DNA of 64,000 bases, taken from positions 868,001-932,000 of the forward strand of contig JBHGNT010000013.1 of assembly GCA_043228905.1 (NCBI GenBank). Direction: 5' to 3'. Under the pieces are notes generated by a model. That model did not search any database, was not told where the DNA came from, and saw only the letters and a list, made by a program, of their open reading frames with translations. Shown one piece after another: positions 23,770 through 36,485 of the stretch; the first letter of the stretch is position 1, and each line of letters begins with the position of its first letter. This DNA comes from Azolla caroliniana (Eukaryota > Plantae > Polypodiophyta). The translations under genes were made by a program, and so were the position numbers.

Positions 23770-26700
23770 ATGGATGTCTAGATCAACGCACGACCTGGTT
23801 ACAAATCGAACTCGACGCCTTGCCGAAAGGCAAAGGAGACGCGAGGCTTTCTAGCAAGCGGCGCAGGAAATTAGAGCGGATCGCTCGTTTTCCAACGTAA
23901 TCCGGAGAGTAGCGGAGGACTCCCTCTGGTTACAGCAAACATCACACCCGGACGACGGCAGCAGCCTAAGCAGCCTCCGGGAAACCGAATCCCTTCTCCA
24001 CGCGTTGGCAAACGAAGAAGGCGAAGCAGAAGCCTTTTCAGCATATGAATCGGACTCCGAAGGGGAATACAGCGTGCACACGAACTACCGTAGCAGCAAC
24101 GAAACCCCGGGCGGACCAGAGGACGAAGGATCGGATACCTTACCGACACCGGAACCGGAAGTGCTAACGCTGGAACCCCCGGAACCAGCAGAGGAAGAGC
24201 GACCTCCGACACCGGAAGTCGAAGAGGAGAGGCCTCCGTCACCAAAAGAAGAGGAAAAACCACCGACGCCGGAGAAAATTCCAGAACAAGCACCAACACT
24301 ACCAACCCGCGCACCGATACCGGACAAGGACATGTCGTTCCAGTACTCCAAGTATAGAGATGATCCGGACGCGAAAGCTCATGTGCACACCTTTGAACAG
24401 ACATGGGAAGCCAACCATGTGTCCCAACGATTGACCCCGGAGGAAGAAGAACGCTCTAAGATAGCGGAATTTGGCGTCACATTGGAGGGACCGGCAGCAA
24501 GATGGCGTCGGACGCAGGACCCGTCTACCACCAACACCTTTGCAGATTTAAAAGCTAAATTCTTGCATTTTTTTCAAAAGGAGGTGGACCAGACCGTAAT
24601 GGTAGGCTTATTTTATACCATCCGGCAAGAGGCAGGGGAGAGCATCCCCCAATTTGTCATCCGGTTTCAACGGATACATAGTCAGCTTGCCCGCGCACCC
24701 CCGAAAGAGGAATTACGGACTATATTCCTAAACGCGCTCCGAGAAACCCTACGCACGGTTTGCACGGTAATCGACTTCCGCACAAGTACCATCGACCAGG
24801 TCATTGACCGGGTGAGAGAGATGGAAAAGACAAGCTCCTGGCTCACACTGGGAGCACTTCAACGGGCGTTACCGTCCGATGAAGACCTCCGGTTTCGGCA
24901 AGCAATACAGTGCACAACCTACTTGAATTCCGGACACTCGGCTCTAGAATGCACTATGAGGACGTAATGTGTAATCTGTCAATCCAAGAGCCATACGACG
25001 AATAGGTGCGAGTATAATCTGTTGAAGCGGCAAGCACCGCCCGTCCGACAAATTGAGCCACGCAGCAACCGGGATGAAGAAGACGAACGCTGGCGGCGAA
25101 TGGACCGTGACCGACCGGCACAGGATGTCCGGTATGGTGAGCGACGGGAAAATGATGTCTGGTATGGCGATCGACGGGAAATTGATGTCCGGTACGGTGA
25201 TCGGCGGGATAACTATGACCGGCATGATCGGTACCAGGATTACAATAGACGATACGAACATTACGACCGGGAGCACTCCCCCGGGTATCGTCAGCAACGG
25301 GAGGAATACGGCAGATATAATGGGCAACCCCGTCAAGAGTACCGTAATAAGAAGAGCTATAACAAAAAACGACATTTCAAAAAAGGCGGCTACCCCCGGG
25401 ATCCGGAACAAGGAGCTCCAAGCAGCCAACCAGTACAAAACCCCGCGCGTACCGCAAGACCTGCCCCGGGTACAACAGACAATGCCGAATCTAGCAATAC
25501 CCGGAAGGCCTACTGCTACTACTGCCGACAGGAAGGCCATTATAGTAACCAATGCCCGGTGAAGAGCTATGAAAAACGACTGGCGGTAAATATGGTAGTC
25601 CCTGAGGTGGCAGATCTGCAGCAAGTGACCACAAGGTCGAAGGGCATGGCCAAAGAATGGGAGACATAGGAGACCATCCGGAAACAAGCAATGGAATGGG
25701 TAAAGAAAGCAAACGAGCAGAATGTCACAGACTTACAGCGGCAAAAGGAGAACACCGCAGGGCTTGCTGGCGTTAATCACTCCGAGAACGAGACATGGCA
25801 GGCGTTGCAAGAATGCCAGATTACGTTACCACTAGGAAGACTCCTACAACTCGTGCCAAGATTCACGGAAGGACTGAAGACGGCCATGACGGCAGGAGAA
25901 CCATCACTGGCACCGGTACTCTTCTCGAATCCGGAGGAGGGACCAACGGTGGTGGACCCCAGCAGTCCGGTAATCACTGCCATTGTAAAAGGGAAAGAAC
26001 TCCCCGGCACAGTTATAGACGGAGGCTCTTGGGTGAATGTAATAAGCCTCCGGACATGTGATGACCTAGGAATCCACGAGTGGGAGCCGTGTCCGTTCTG
26101 GTTGCGGATGGCCGATACAAGCTCAGTGCGGCCGACAGGATTAATACGGAAATTAGAAGTCACCGTCGGCGGTCATACATTTCACATCTCGGCCGTAGTG
26201 CTACAATTACAGGCACAAGGCGCATACCCGCTATTGCTGGGGTGACCATGGTTGAAAACGGCACATATCAAACAGAATTGGCGAAAAAATATAATTACCT
26301 TCCGGCGAGGAAAAGCCAAGGTATGGGTACCAACACAGCCAAGGACGAGCACTGGCAAGGAATGTACACTGTTGTATGCGGAATGCGTCAACATGCTAGA
26401 AGGGTTAGTGGACGAAGAAGAAGCTCAATACCTGCAAGAAAACCCGAAGATCATACCCCTCTTCGAAATTGACATTGCCGAAGCAGTAGCACCATACTTA
26501 CCGCAACCGGAAGAGGCTGAAGCAGAACCGGATAAAGACGCAATCCGGGAGTTACGGCAAGCGCAGGAAGCGTTGGAACGGGAAATGGCCGTTTCACAGC
26601 GCGTGAAAGCGTCGCAACTGGAAGAGGTGAACCTAGGCACCACGGACGAAGCAAAACCGATGCACATCGCCAAGGAGATGAAGTCCGAAGACAAAACGGC

Positions 26701-29558
26701 GATGATAACACTTCTCACGGAATTCTGCGATGTGTTCGCCTGGTCATACGAAGATATGCGAGGACTCGACCCTCAGTTATACCAGCATCAAGTGCACTTG
26801 AGCAAGGACGCAAAACCAGTGGCACAAAGACGGTACCGGATGAATCCCAATTATGCCGCCAAGGTCAAGGAGGAAATCGACAAACTGCTAAGAGTTGGCT
26901 TTATCCATCCGGTAAAGAAAGCGACATGGCTGAGCCCGATCGTAGTCATACCGAAGAAGAACGGAAAAATTCGAGTTTGCATGGACTACCGGAAACTCAA
27001 TGCGGCTACGGTAACGGATGTGTTTCCACTTCCGTTCACAGATGGAGTGTTGGATGCTGTCGCCGGCCATGAGGTCTATAGTTTCCTAGATGGATTCATC
27101 GGGTATAATCAGATCCGGATGCACCCCGACGACCAAGAGAAAACGGCATTCATCACCGAATGGGGGGTGTTTGTGGCCGTGGTGATGATGTTCGGACTCA
27201 AAACGGCACCGGCAACATTTCAACGAATCATCATGGAAATCTTTGGTGAATATATACCGGCTTTTATGCAGGTTTTCCTTGACGATTTCGCCATCTATAG
27301 CCGGGAGGAGGACCATTTTCAGCACCTCCGTCTTTGTCTAGAAAAGTGTAGAGCGTACCGGCTAAGCTTGAATCCGGCAAAGTGTGTATTTGGCGTGTCC
27401 AGTGGAACCTTATTAGGACATATTGTGAGCCAGGAAGGTATTGCAGTCGACCCGGACAAAGTGAAAGCCATATTAGAAGCACCGGTGCCGGTAACGGCAA
27501 AGGCATCAAGCCGGTTCTTAGGCCAGATCCGGTGGCACAGCCGGATGCTCCAATACTTGGCCGACCTGGCTACACCGTTGCATGCCGCCGTACATCGGAC
27601 ACCATTCCAGTGGACCGACACTGAGGATAGGGCGTATAAGGCCCTCAAGGTACTTTTGTCGCAAGCACCGGTAGTGCAGCCTCCGGATTGGAGTAAAGAA
27701 TTTCACGTGTTCGTGGACGCCTCCGACATCGCAATCGGAAGCGTACTAATGCAACTTACGGAACCAAAGTGGTACCGGCCAGTGTACTATGCCAGCCGAA
27801 AGCTATCCCAAGCAGAACGGAACTACTCTACTACGGAACGGGAAGCTCTAGGGATGATCTACAGTGTGACAAAGTTTCGGCATTATTTGTTGGGAAGGAA
27901 GTTTTGCTTCCATGTAGATCATTCGGCACTCCTTTACCTGGTGTCCAAAGCGTCACTCACCGGCAAATTGGCCCGGTGGACCTTACTGTTACAGGAGTTC
28001 GAGTTTGAAATATTCCACCGACCCGGTATACATCATGTCGTGGCGGATTACTTAAGCCGATTAGAGTCCGGAGAGACGGGTGACGGAGTAGCGGATGAGT
28101 TTCTGGATGCAGAGTTGTTTCGAGTCACTACGGAGACGGCAGCAGATGAGACGGTGGCACAGGAAGACAAGTGGCTCACAAATATGCACCAGTTTCTGAG
28201 CACAGGACTGCCTCCGGAAGAGCTGAACCGGGACGAACGGAAACGCCTGGCGGTGCAAAGCCGACACTTCTGCTTACTGCAAGACACACTGTACCACAAG
28301 GGCGCGGACGGTATATGGAGACGGGCGGTGCGCAGCGAGAAAAGGAACCGATACTAAGGGAAGCCCATTGCGGAGTTGCCGGAGGTCACTATGCCGGAGA
28401 TGTGACGGCCAGAAAAATATGGCAAAGTGGCCTATGGTGGCCAACGACATTAAGAGATGCGGTACGGTACGCAAAAGAATGTGACCTATGCCAGAGAATG
28501 GGCCAGCCAACGGAGCAGGCTCATATGCCACACCAGCCGGTACTACCACTCGAGCCATTCCAAAAGTGGGGGCTGGACTTTGTAGGACCGTTCAAGCCAC
28601 CGCAATGAGAACGGGTAATCGGTACGTTATCGTTGCTACGGATTATTGCACGAAATGGGTGGAGGCCAAAGCTTTACGGGATAACACCGCTGCGTCAACG
28701 GCAAAGTTTCTATATGAGTACATCTGGTGCCATTACGGATGCCCCATTGAATTGATAAGTGACCAAGGGGGGCACTTTCTCGGCCAAGTAGTGGAAAGCC
28801 TGACGACATTCTATGCCGTTGTACACAAACGGAGCACACCTTACTATCCACAGGCGAACGGTTTAGCGGAATCAACAAACAAGACGCTACAGAATATCCT
28901 CCGGAAGATCGTCAACGAAAACCGGATGGATTGGGACACAAAGCTACATAGCGCGCTTTGGGCATACCAGACGGCATACAAAACGAGCATCCGAACAACA
29001 CCGTTCCGATTGGCGTTTGGACTCGAGGCGGTCATGCCGGTAGAATTCCAAGTACCTAGCTTACGGATCCAGCTACAAGAAAGGCTGAACGAGAAGGAGT
29101 CGGAGGCAATAAGGTTGACAGCGCTGTGTGAGCTCGAGGAACAACGACTGGCCAGCATCCTACATTTAGAATTGGAGCAACGGCGACGAAAAGCATTTGT
29201 CGACCGGCACAGGAAAGGTAACGAAAAAATGTTCGCAATCGGCAAACCGGTGTTAGTATTCCAAACCCGGATGGGCAAGATGCCAGGTAAGCTACGGTTT
29301 AGATGGACCGGACCATATTGGCTAACACAGGAGTATAATGGGTCCTACCAGTTAGGGACACTTGCTGGCGAAGTGCTAGGCAAATGGGTCAACGGATTCC
29401 GGTTAAAGGCATATAGAGGACCGATGCCTAAGAACCCATTTGAGCGAAGGACCGACACTAGTGAGGGCAACGGCAACCACCAAGACGGCAGAGAAGGCGA
29501 GCCGGTAACTGGGGAGAATGACGCCGGTAAGGGTCCAAGAGGACCAACGGACAAGTGA
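23770..29558 (+). pseudogene. A2 gag-pol polyprotein (single ancestral frame, in-frame stops and two frameshifts)
   Basis: ORFs starting 24005, 25022, 25691 and 26252 share one frame. Protease IDGGS; RT DYRKLN/FLDDF; RNase H VDASD/EREALG; integrase H..H..CDLC, GLDFVGP, SDQG, ANGLAE and RWTGPY. Start position approximate. Confidence 0.92.
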
Positions 29559-29719
29559 CATCACACTAATAATAATAATAACTGGAAAAAAAAAATATAA
29601 AAAAAACAACAATCATGCAAAAGCGAGGAATGAATGGATGAAAGAGCGAGGAGCGAAAAGGTACGTAGTGGGCATTTAAAGCGCCCCCACAAGACATAAT
29701 GCTATTTTAAGTACGCGAC

Positions 29720-32668
29720 ATGCACACACTCGAAAAAGGCGCCAGAATGCACAGACAAAAACCACTGCACGTAGAGACCCTCTACTTTCGCGAACCCAGG
29801 AGCACAGAAGCACCAAGACGTTGCAAGATCATCATACGAGAACCTGTGCACAGAGAACCCCCGCCTTCTGAACTCTCTCTTTCTCAACCTCACTCTCATC
29901 ACCATCCAACCTCGCCACCGCCATCTGACCTCGACACAAACATGGACCTGCAAACGCTGTCGGAAGCCGCCAAGACATGGCTGAAGCAACACGGGCTCGA
30001 GCGCTTCTTGATGATGATGGAAGTACCGCCACACAAAGAAGCCGACAAAGTGATCAAGGAAATCGATACAGAGGCGATTCGAGCGTTAACAGGCCTTCCG
30101 GAGGGAGGCATACTCACGATCGACAATCCAACCCCGGAGCAACTCATCAGGTATTTTGGTGAGTACTCTCTAGCCAGCAAGGGCTACCGGACACAGGGCG
30201 GCGGAGATATGCTGTTCCGCAGAATTGCTCGTGTGCTCCACAAATACGGCCACGTGTACCGTAGACCCCCTGTCATGCCGCAAAACCGGGCAGGGATGAT
30301 CATCGCCACCTATGAAGGGATCAAGGTGGATTGGCCGGTATTGATCGCAGACGGGTTGTGTGCGGCGATCGAGATCGTCTGAGGCAAAGACGGCAAAGAA
30401 GGCCGAGACGGACGGAGGATATGGCACGCCGTAACGCAGTGGCTCACCTTGCTTGTGCCACCCGTCCAGACCGTCCAACCCAAGAAGCGAGGAAGAGTGG
30501 CGGACGGCACCCCAAGGACGGCTTCCAAACGGCAACAGCTGTTGGCCTCTAAGGCCACTAAGGGAAAGGCGGCGGATGCAGAACAGGCGGCAGCAGGAAG
30601 CGGCAGCTGGAAGCGCCCAACGGAGGCACAGGAGGAACCACCGGCACGGCTCGTAAAGGTCACACTCCGCCGACTGGTGAATCGAGAAGCGGACCCCTTG
30701 GCGGCAAAACTCAATGTCGGAGCTCAGGAGGAGGAAATAGAGGAGGAGCCTACGGAGCACCTCCAGCGACGGTTGACGGCAAGGACCGTTGAGACAGCCG
30801 GGAAACGTTCGGACCCTCAGACGGAGGGAACACCGACTCCCCATACTGAGACTCCCACGCCAAGGAAGGAACCGGAACCGGTGTAGATGGCACCGGAAAC
30901 AGAAGCCCCGGCAACACCGGCAACACCGGCAAGTCCCATCCCGCCAGAGCCGAAAAGGTCAATGCAGCCTCCCTCAGTCAACCAAGAAGAAGCGCAAGGG
31001 GAACCAGGACAGCAGGGTGGTCCACAGGCAGAAATGGAACTGCAACTCGGCGCAACCAGGCGGGACCACCCCTCTACAAGTGAGCCCATCTGTCAAACCT
31101 CTGTGCAAGCACAACAAGGCACCGGTAGCCTGTGGCTCCGGTGGATAGGCGAATAGATAGCCGGAGCAGTGGGGTATATTGAGGCGGAAGAAAGAGCGCA
31201 AAGCGAACGGTTGCTCGTCACAACCGAACAACTAGAGACGGCCCGGTCCAGGAATCCGATGCCTTGAAAAAGACTTGGATCAGGTCACGATAGAGATGGC
31301 CAAAATACGGATCCAATCACCGGTGACTCCGGTAAGTGTACAGAATAAAGAAACGGAACGACCTGTACATAGCAATAAGACCCCGGCAACGGAAACCGTT
31401 CCGGCGAGAGATGCGGCGCAAGCTCAGGAGCTTGCGGAATTGAGAGATGAACTTGCCGCACAAGAAGCGCTAAGGAGCCGTGAACGAGAATTGAAGACGG
31501 CGGCCGAAGCCGAATTAAAGAAGACTGCTGAGAACCTCCGCCGGGCAGAGGAGAGCCTCCGGAAAGGCCATCAAGCGTACGACCGGCTAAAGGAGGAGAA
31601 AGACAAAGTGTTGCAGGAAAAGGACAAGCTGCGGAAAACGGCGGAAACAGAGATTGAACAGCTAAAGGAAGAGCTCCGCCAGCAGAAGGACCGCGAGGAC
31701 CGGGCCCGTCGTCAGATCAACGCACGGCTCAAGCAAAAGACGGATGATTTTGAGCACCTGCACCGGGACTACAAACGGCTGGAAACGGAGCATAAAGAAC
31801 GGATGGCCGAGCTCCAGCAGGCAGTTGATCGGGCCGCGACGGCAATCGCCGACGAACGGGCAGAAAATAAAGACACTTGGACGAGGCGGAGAAGGTCCGG
31901 ATGGAGCTCCAGAGGCAGCAGCAGGAAGACAAAGAGAGAGCGTCAACAGTATTGCAGAAATTACAAAGCACATATCAAAGGCAATTGACGCATTACAAGG
32001 CGCAGGCGGAGGACAACGTCAAAATCATCAAACAACTGAAGGAGGAACGGCAAGCAGCGGAAACCAAATCGCAATTGGGAACGAGCCGGATTCAGTCCAT
32101 CCTCCGGGCATGGCTGAATTAGACAAAACACTTGATTGATGAAAGCTCCGTAAAATGGTGGACAAAGTGGGCACAAAACGCGACGGAACTCCAGTTGCTA
32201 CGGGCGGATGTGGCAAACCGGCGGAAGGAAGGAGATGACTGTTATACGTTGACTTCCGAGGACTTCCAAGTCCTGGCAGATGAACAGCTGGCGCAGGTCA
32301 GGCAGCTCGTAGCTCAGCTAGACGATGATAGGTTGGACGCTCAAATCCAATTTGAAAGCTACGAGCGGTCCCGGGTGCGGGAAGAAAAAGCACGGGAAGC
32401 GGCAACGGTTAACCTTAGTGATGAGGAACCGTCGCCGGCTGAGGGCCAGCCGGGAACCAGTCAACCGGAGACCACTACGACGCAAGGAGCAACGACGGAG
32501 ACACCGGTGTCAGAGCCACAAACGGAGGAGCAGCCGCAGCAACCACCAACGGACCCGCCGCAGCAGACAACAACAGAGCAGCAACAACAACAACAACAAC
32601 AACCACTTCCAGATGAACCATTGGAGCCTCTCGAACAAAGCATTCTGGACATTTTGGACGAAGAATAG
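29720..32668 (+). pseudogene. A2 extra ORF downstream of pol (~980 codons; conserved domain, Pro/Glu-rich linker, coiled coil, Gln-rich tail), disrupted
   Basis: ORF pieces at 29720, 30449, 30887, 31275, 31877 and 32132; homologous to the element C extra ORF. Confidence 0.8.
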
Positions 32669-33158
32669 CAAGGGTCGGTTGTGGATTCGACGTACAAGGT
32701 ACTGTCCCACGGGCGTGCCATGTGTTACCGGCCGGCAAAGGAGTCCAGAGTGGGAAACGGAGAGTTAATTAAGTAGTAGGAATGTGGTTGTAATTAAGCT
32801 ATGAGTGTGGATGGACAGACCGGAAACAGTATGCCGTTCCGGATCCGAACCGATCCCGAACAGGTGTGGATGGCACCGTTTTGTAATACAAACCGGAAAC
32901 CTATTTAAAGGCCCGGATACAATGTAATAGTTAGCGGTTAATTAATGAAAGCTTAAGCGTTGTTATCTCTCTATGTTAATTGCCGTTCTGTCTTAATTGT
33001 TATATCTTACGCGTGTGTTATGAAAGACGATCATAATAAGTAACTTAACCAAGTAGGATTAAGCATTGAAGTCTAATCTGGTTGCCGTAACACCCTTTGG
33101 TGAAGTGTCTCCCGTAGACACCCTGTGTTAGGCCATTGTCCGGCCCGAAGAGTTAACA

Positions 33159-34610
33159 TGGTCCTCCACTTCAGTTGTCCATCAAGTGAAGACCTCGAGC
33201 ACTTCGTCTTTGGACCTAATGGAGTAGGCCCAGACCTTCCGTGTACAATCATCTACAAAGGTGATGAAGTACCATGAGCCTCCTAGTGATCGCTCTGGCA
33301 TGGGCCCACATATATATGTGTCCACGAGCTCTAGGGGTTGTCGTATCGTCTCGTAGTGGAGAGTGTGCAAACTTCAGGTATGTTTCCTGTATCAACACTT
33401 CACGCAAAAGTCCATCTTTGCTTGGAGTTTAGGGATGTAGCCGACCGTCATCAGCCAATCAAGTCCGGCTTGAGACATATGGCTGAGTCAGCCATGCCAT
33501 AAGTTCGGGTCAATCTTTTCGGCTACATTCACGACCCCGTTTGGATTGATCGCCATTAGTGGGTACAAGTTGTTGTACTTGTGCCCTCTCCCAACTCTAA
33601 GATTTCCTTGGTTGATCATCCATACCGACTCACTTGGATTCATTTTGTACCCGTCTTCGGCTAACATGCCGATGGAGACCAGGCTCCTTTTTAGATCGGG
33701 TACATGTCACACTCGATGCAGGGTGATCATGTTGCCATTTGGCAATCTGATAGGAACCTCTCCGGTCCCTACAATTTTGCATTCCTGCCCGTTGCCTAGT
33801 TGGACAGTGCCACTAACTTCGGTTGAATAGTTCAAGAACCATTCAATGTTGGGGGTCACGTGAAATGTGGCACCAGAGTCCAGTAACCTTGTGTGTGCAT
33901 ATTGTGCACTATAGAGGACTTCTCTAATCACTGAATCCTCTAAGGAGAGAATTTCTCCTGATCGGATTGCTTATAGGAGAGTGGTCTAAGTTGGGTCATC
34001 CTCGATTATGCTCGGATTGTCGTCCACTCTCCTTTATCTTGATTGACCAACAGTCAGAAATAATGTGGCTAGCTTTTCTGTAGTGCCTGCAGAATTCGCC
34101 TAATCAGCCCATTCTCGACTTCGACCGATGTCGGTCTCCCCTCGTTTTTCATCGGTTGGTGTTCCGACCGATTCTGTCGGCTTGTTCTCTCGTTTGACTC
34201 TGTCGGTCAAACGACTCGATCAAGTTATGGGCTTCTGCCGATTCATCGATGGTAAGTCCCATCGATTTTCGCCGAATGTCCTCAGTGAAAACTTGGCCAA
34301 TCATCTCATCCAGATTTAGGATCGGTCAGTTATTGGCGTATGTCGTGCAAAATACGTCCCAACTCGCCGGCAAGCTCGATAGGAGGGCAAAGGCTTTTAC
34401 TTCTTCTTCGAAGTTGATCCCTTGTGAGGAGAGTTCTGACAACACCCGGTTGGAGGTGTTGATGTGGGAGGTAGCCGGATCAGACTCTCTCATCTTCATG
34501 TTGAACAGTTGTTTGATCAAAATCAGTTTTGAAGATGAGGACTTTTTCTCGTACACGGCTTGTTGTTTCTCCCACAATGAGAACACCGCCATCTCTTTTG
34601 CCATGTTGAA
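33159..34610 (-). pseudogene. Host copia E, gag, protease, GAG-pre-integrase and integrase N-terminal remnant
   Basis: LIKQLFNMKM...LLSSLPASW (gag); LLDSGATFHVT (protease); LELVDTYICGPM...FITFVDDCTRKVW (integrase). Continues across A2 into 22758-23316. Confidence 0.9.
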
Positions 34611-36485
34611 CGACTCAAGAAGTCACTCTATGGCTTGACGCAAGCCCCCCCCCCCCCCCCCACTTGGAATTTGAAGATAATGCATTAGTTTCGTAAGATG
34701 GGGTTTGCGGCCTCGAAGTCCAACTCTTTGTTGTTCATCCGGAAGGGTTCGAACAATCTGGTATGCATTCTGCTATATGTCGACGACTTGGTCGTCACTG
34801 GACCCGACCTCCCTGAAATCAAATGAGTGAAGTCCCAACTATCAGAAGCATTCGAAATGAAGGACCTGGGGGACCTTCATTACTTCCTCGGGATCGAAGT
34901 GATTGTCTTTCTACCACCTGCCCAAGAAAGTGCCCTCCTTGGTCGCTTATCAACTCTATGGGGCATCCGTATCAGCACCAAATGCATTCGTATAAGAATT
35001 TCGCCGTTGATGCTGCGGTGTTGTCTCGTAGGGCTTTCACTTCCACCCACTTAGTGCAATAATCCATCGCGACGATCACGTACCGGTTGCCGGTTCTCAT
35101 TGCCGATGGTTTAAATGGCCCGACGAAATCTAGCCCCCATTTCTGGAATGGTTCTAGTGGTAGGACTGCCTGGTGTGGCATCCAAGCTTGTTCCGTTGGC
35201 TGACCCATTCGCTGGCATAGATCACACTCCTTCGCATACCGAACTGCATCCTTCAATGTGGTCGGCCACCATAGGCCACTTTGCCATACTTTCCTTGCCG
35301 TCGCATCTCCGCCCTAACACAGGGTGTCCACTTAAGACACGTCACCAAAGGGTGGTACGACAGAATGACTTATGGCACAACACTTACTTAGACCTTAATC
35401 GATTACTTAGCCATCCGTAATTAACACGCGTAAGATATAACTATGAATACAGAACGGTAATCAACACTGGAAGATTAAGACAATAAACTTTATTAATTAT
35501 CCGCTCCTGATTACATTGTAACCGGGCCTTTATATAGGTCTCCGGTGCGAAATACAAAACGGTGCCAACCGGCACCTTTACGGAATCGTTCCGGATCCGG
35601 ATCGGCATACCGATTCCGGTCCGTCCGTCCACATCTTCTTATATAATAATATGTATATATTAATACTACTAATTACAACAATTCCCGAATAACTATTCCT
35701 TTCACACTCTGGTTTGGACCTCCTTAAGCCTTCTTTACCGGCCGGTAACAGTGATCCACATCCTGACGACATATTGTTGTCACAAAGACGCAATGTACTA
35801 AATATGTTGTACAAGTCTGGGATGACAGATTGCCGACCGGCAGGAGGTAGAGGAAAGGATTGGTAGACACTGACACCACAATCCGACCTCAAGTTGAGCT
35901 TGAGGGGGAGTGTTGAGCGGACAAGCTCAACCGGATCCAGATAGGTATCTGGAACGGAGAATCGGATCGGTACCCAGAACCAATAGCCAGATTGTAATCC
36001 GGATCAAGGTAATTGGTAGGCCGTTAGAGGTCTACGATCCTAGCCTAGTACGTAGGCATATTTTTGGGAATCAGTGTCAGTCACTCAGAACAAGCATTGA
36101 AGTTCTTGTCAGTCCTTTTAAGGACATGGTATAAAAGTGCTCTCTTAGCACATTGTATGTACAAAGTGTTCATTATTTTTGAAATAGAGTTTATGTTCTG
36201 CTCTCTCTGTCTCTCCCGCGTATTGTGTATTCTCAAGCTTTCCATTAGACCTTGTCTTTGTTGCTATCCGGTTGAGCCAGTTTGTCTACGCTTCTGCACA
36301 TTAACTTTCACGGTATTACTCTCATATCATAGTGAAACAGTTCGAAGTTCGGGGACTCGAGTGGTTTTTCCCTATTAGGGCTTCCACATTAAAATACCCT
36401 TTGTCACTGTATTTGTGTTTTTTGTTGGTTAAATACCTCTCAGATGTGAGTCTAAAACCGGTTGTGGTTGGCGTCAATCTCAACA
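34611..36485 (+). mobile_element. Second copia remnant F: RT fragments, PPT and 3' LTR (35911-36485)
   Basis: LKKSLYGLTQAP, ILLYVDDL and MKDLGDLHYFLGIEVI, resuming after 35755 (ILLSQRRNVLNMLYKSGMTDCRP). PPT TTGAGGGGGAG. LTR termini TGTTGAG...CTCAACA. Confidence 0.88.
34904..35750 (-). mobile_element. Collapsed A-like gypsy remnant D (most of one LTR 35313-35750 plus integrase fragment) inserted in copia F RT
   Basis: Perfect 5-bp TSD GTGAT (34899-34903/35751-35755). LTR similar to A LTRs. Integrase ORF 34972-35256 nearly matches A2. Confidence 0.87.

Larger units (their letters stand above)
23317..33158 (+). mobile_element. Full-length non-chromoviral Ty3/gypsy element A2 (LTRs 23317-23720 and 32723-33158)
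   Basis: TGTTACCG...GTTAACA LTR pair; the 5' LTR has a 32-bp deletion. PBS TGGCGACCACGAT at 23728. Decayed 5-bp TSD CGATC/TGGTC inside the copia integrase. Domain order gag-PR-RT-RH-INT plus an extra ORF; no chromodomain. Confidence 0.95.

Noticed and set aside
29720-32668. Extra ORF as a retroviral env gene
   Set aside because: No signal peptide or clear transmembrane helix is visible; it is mostly charged coiled coil and low-complexity sequence.
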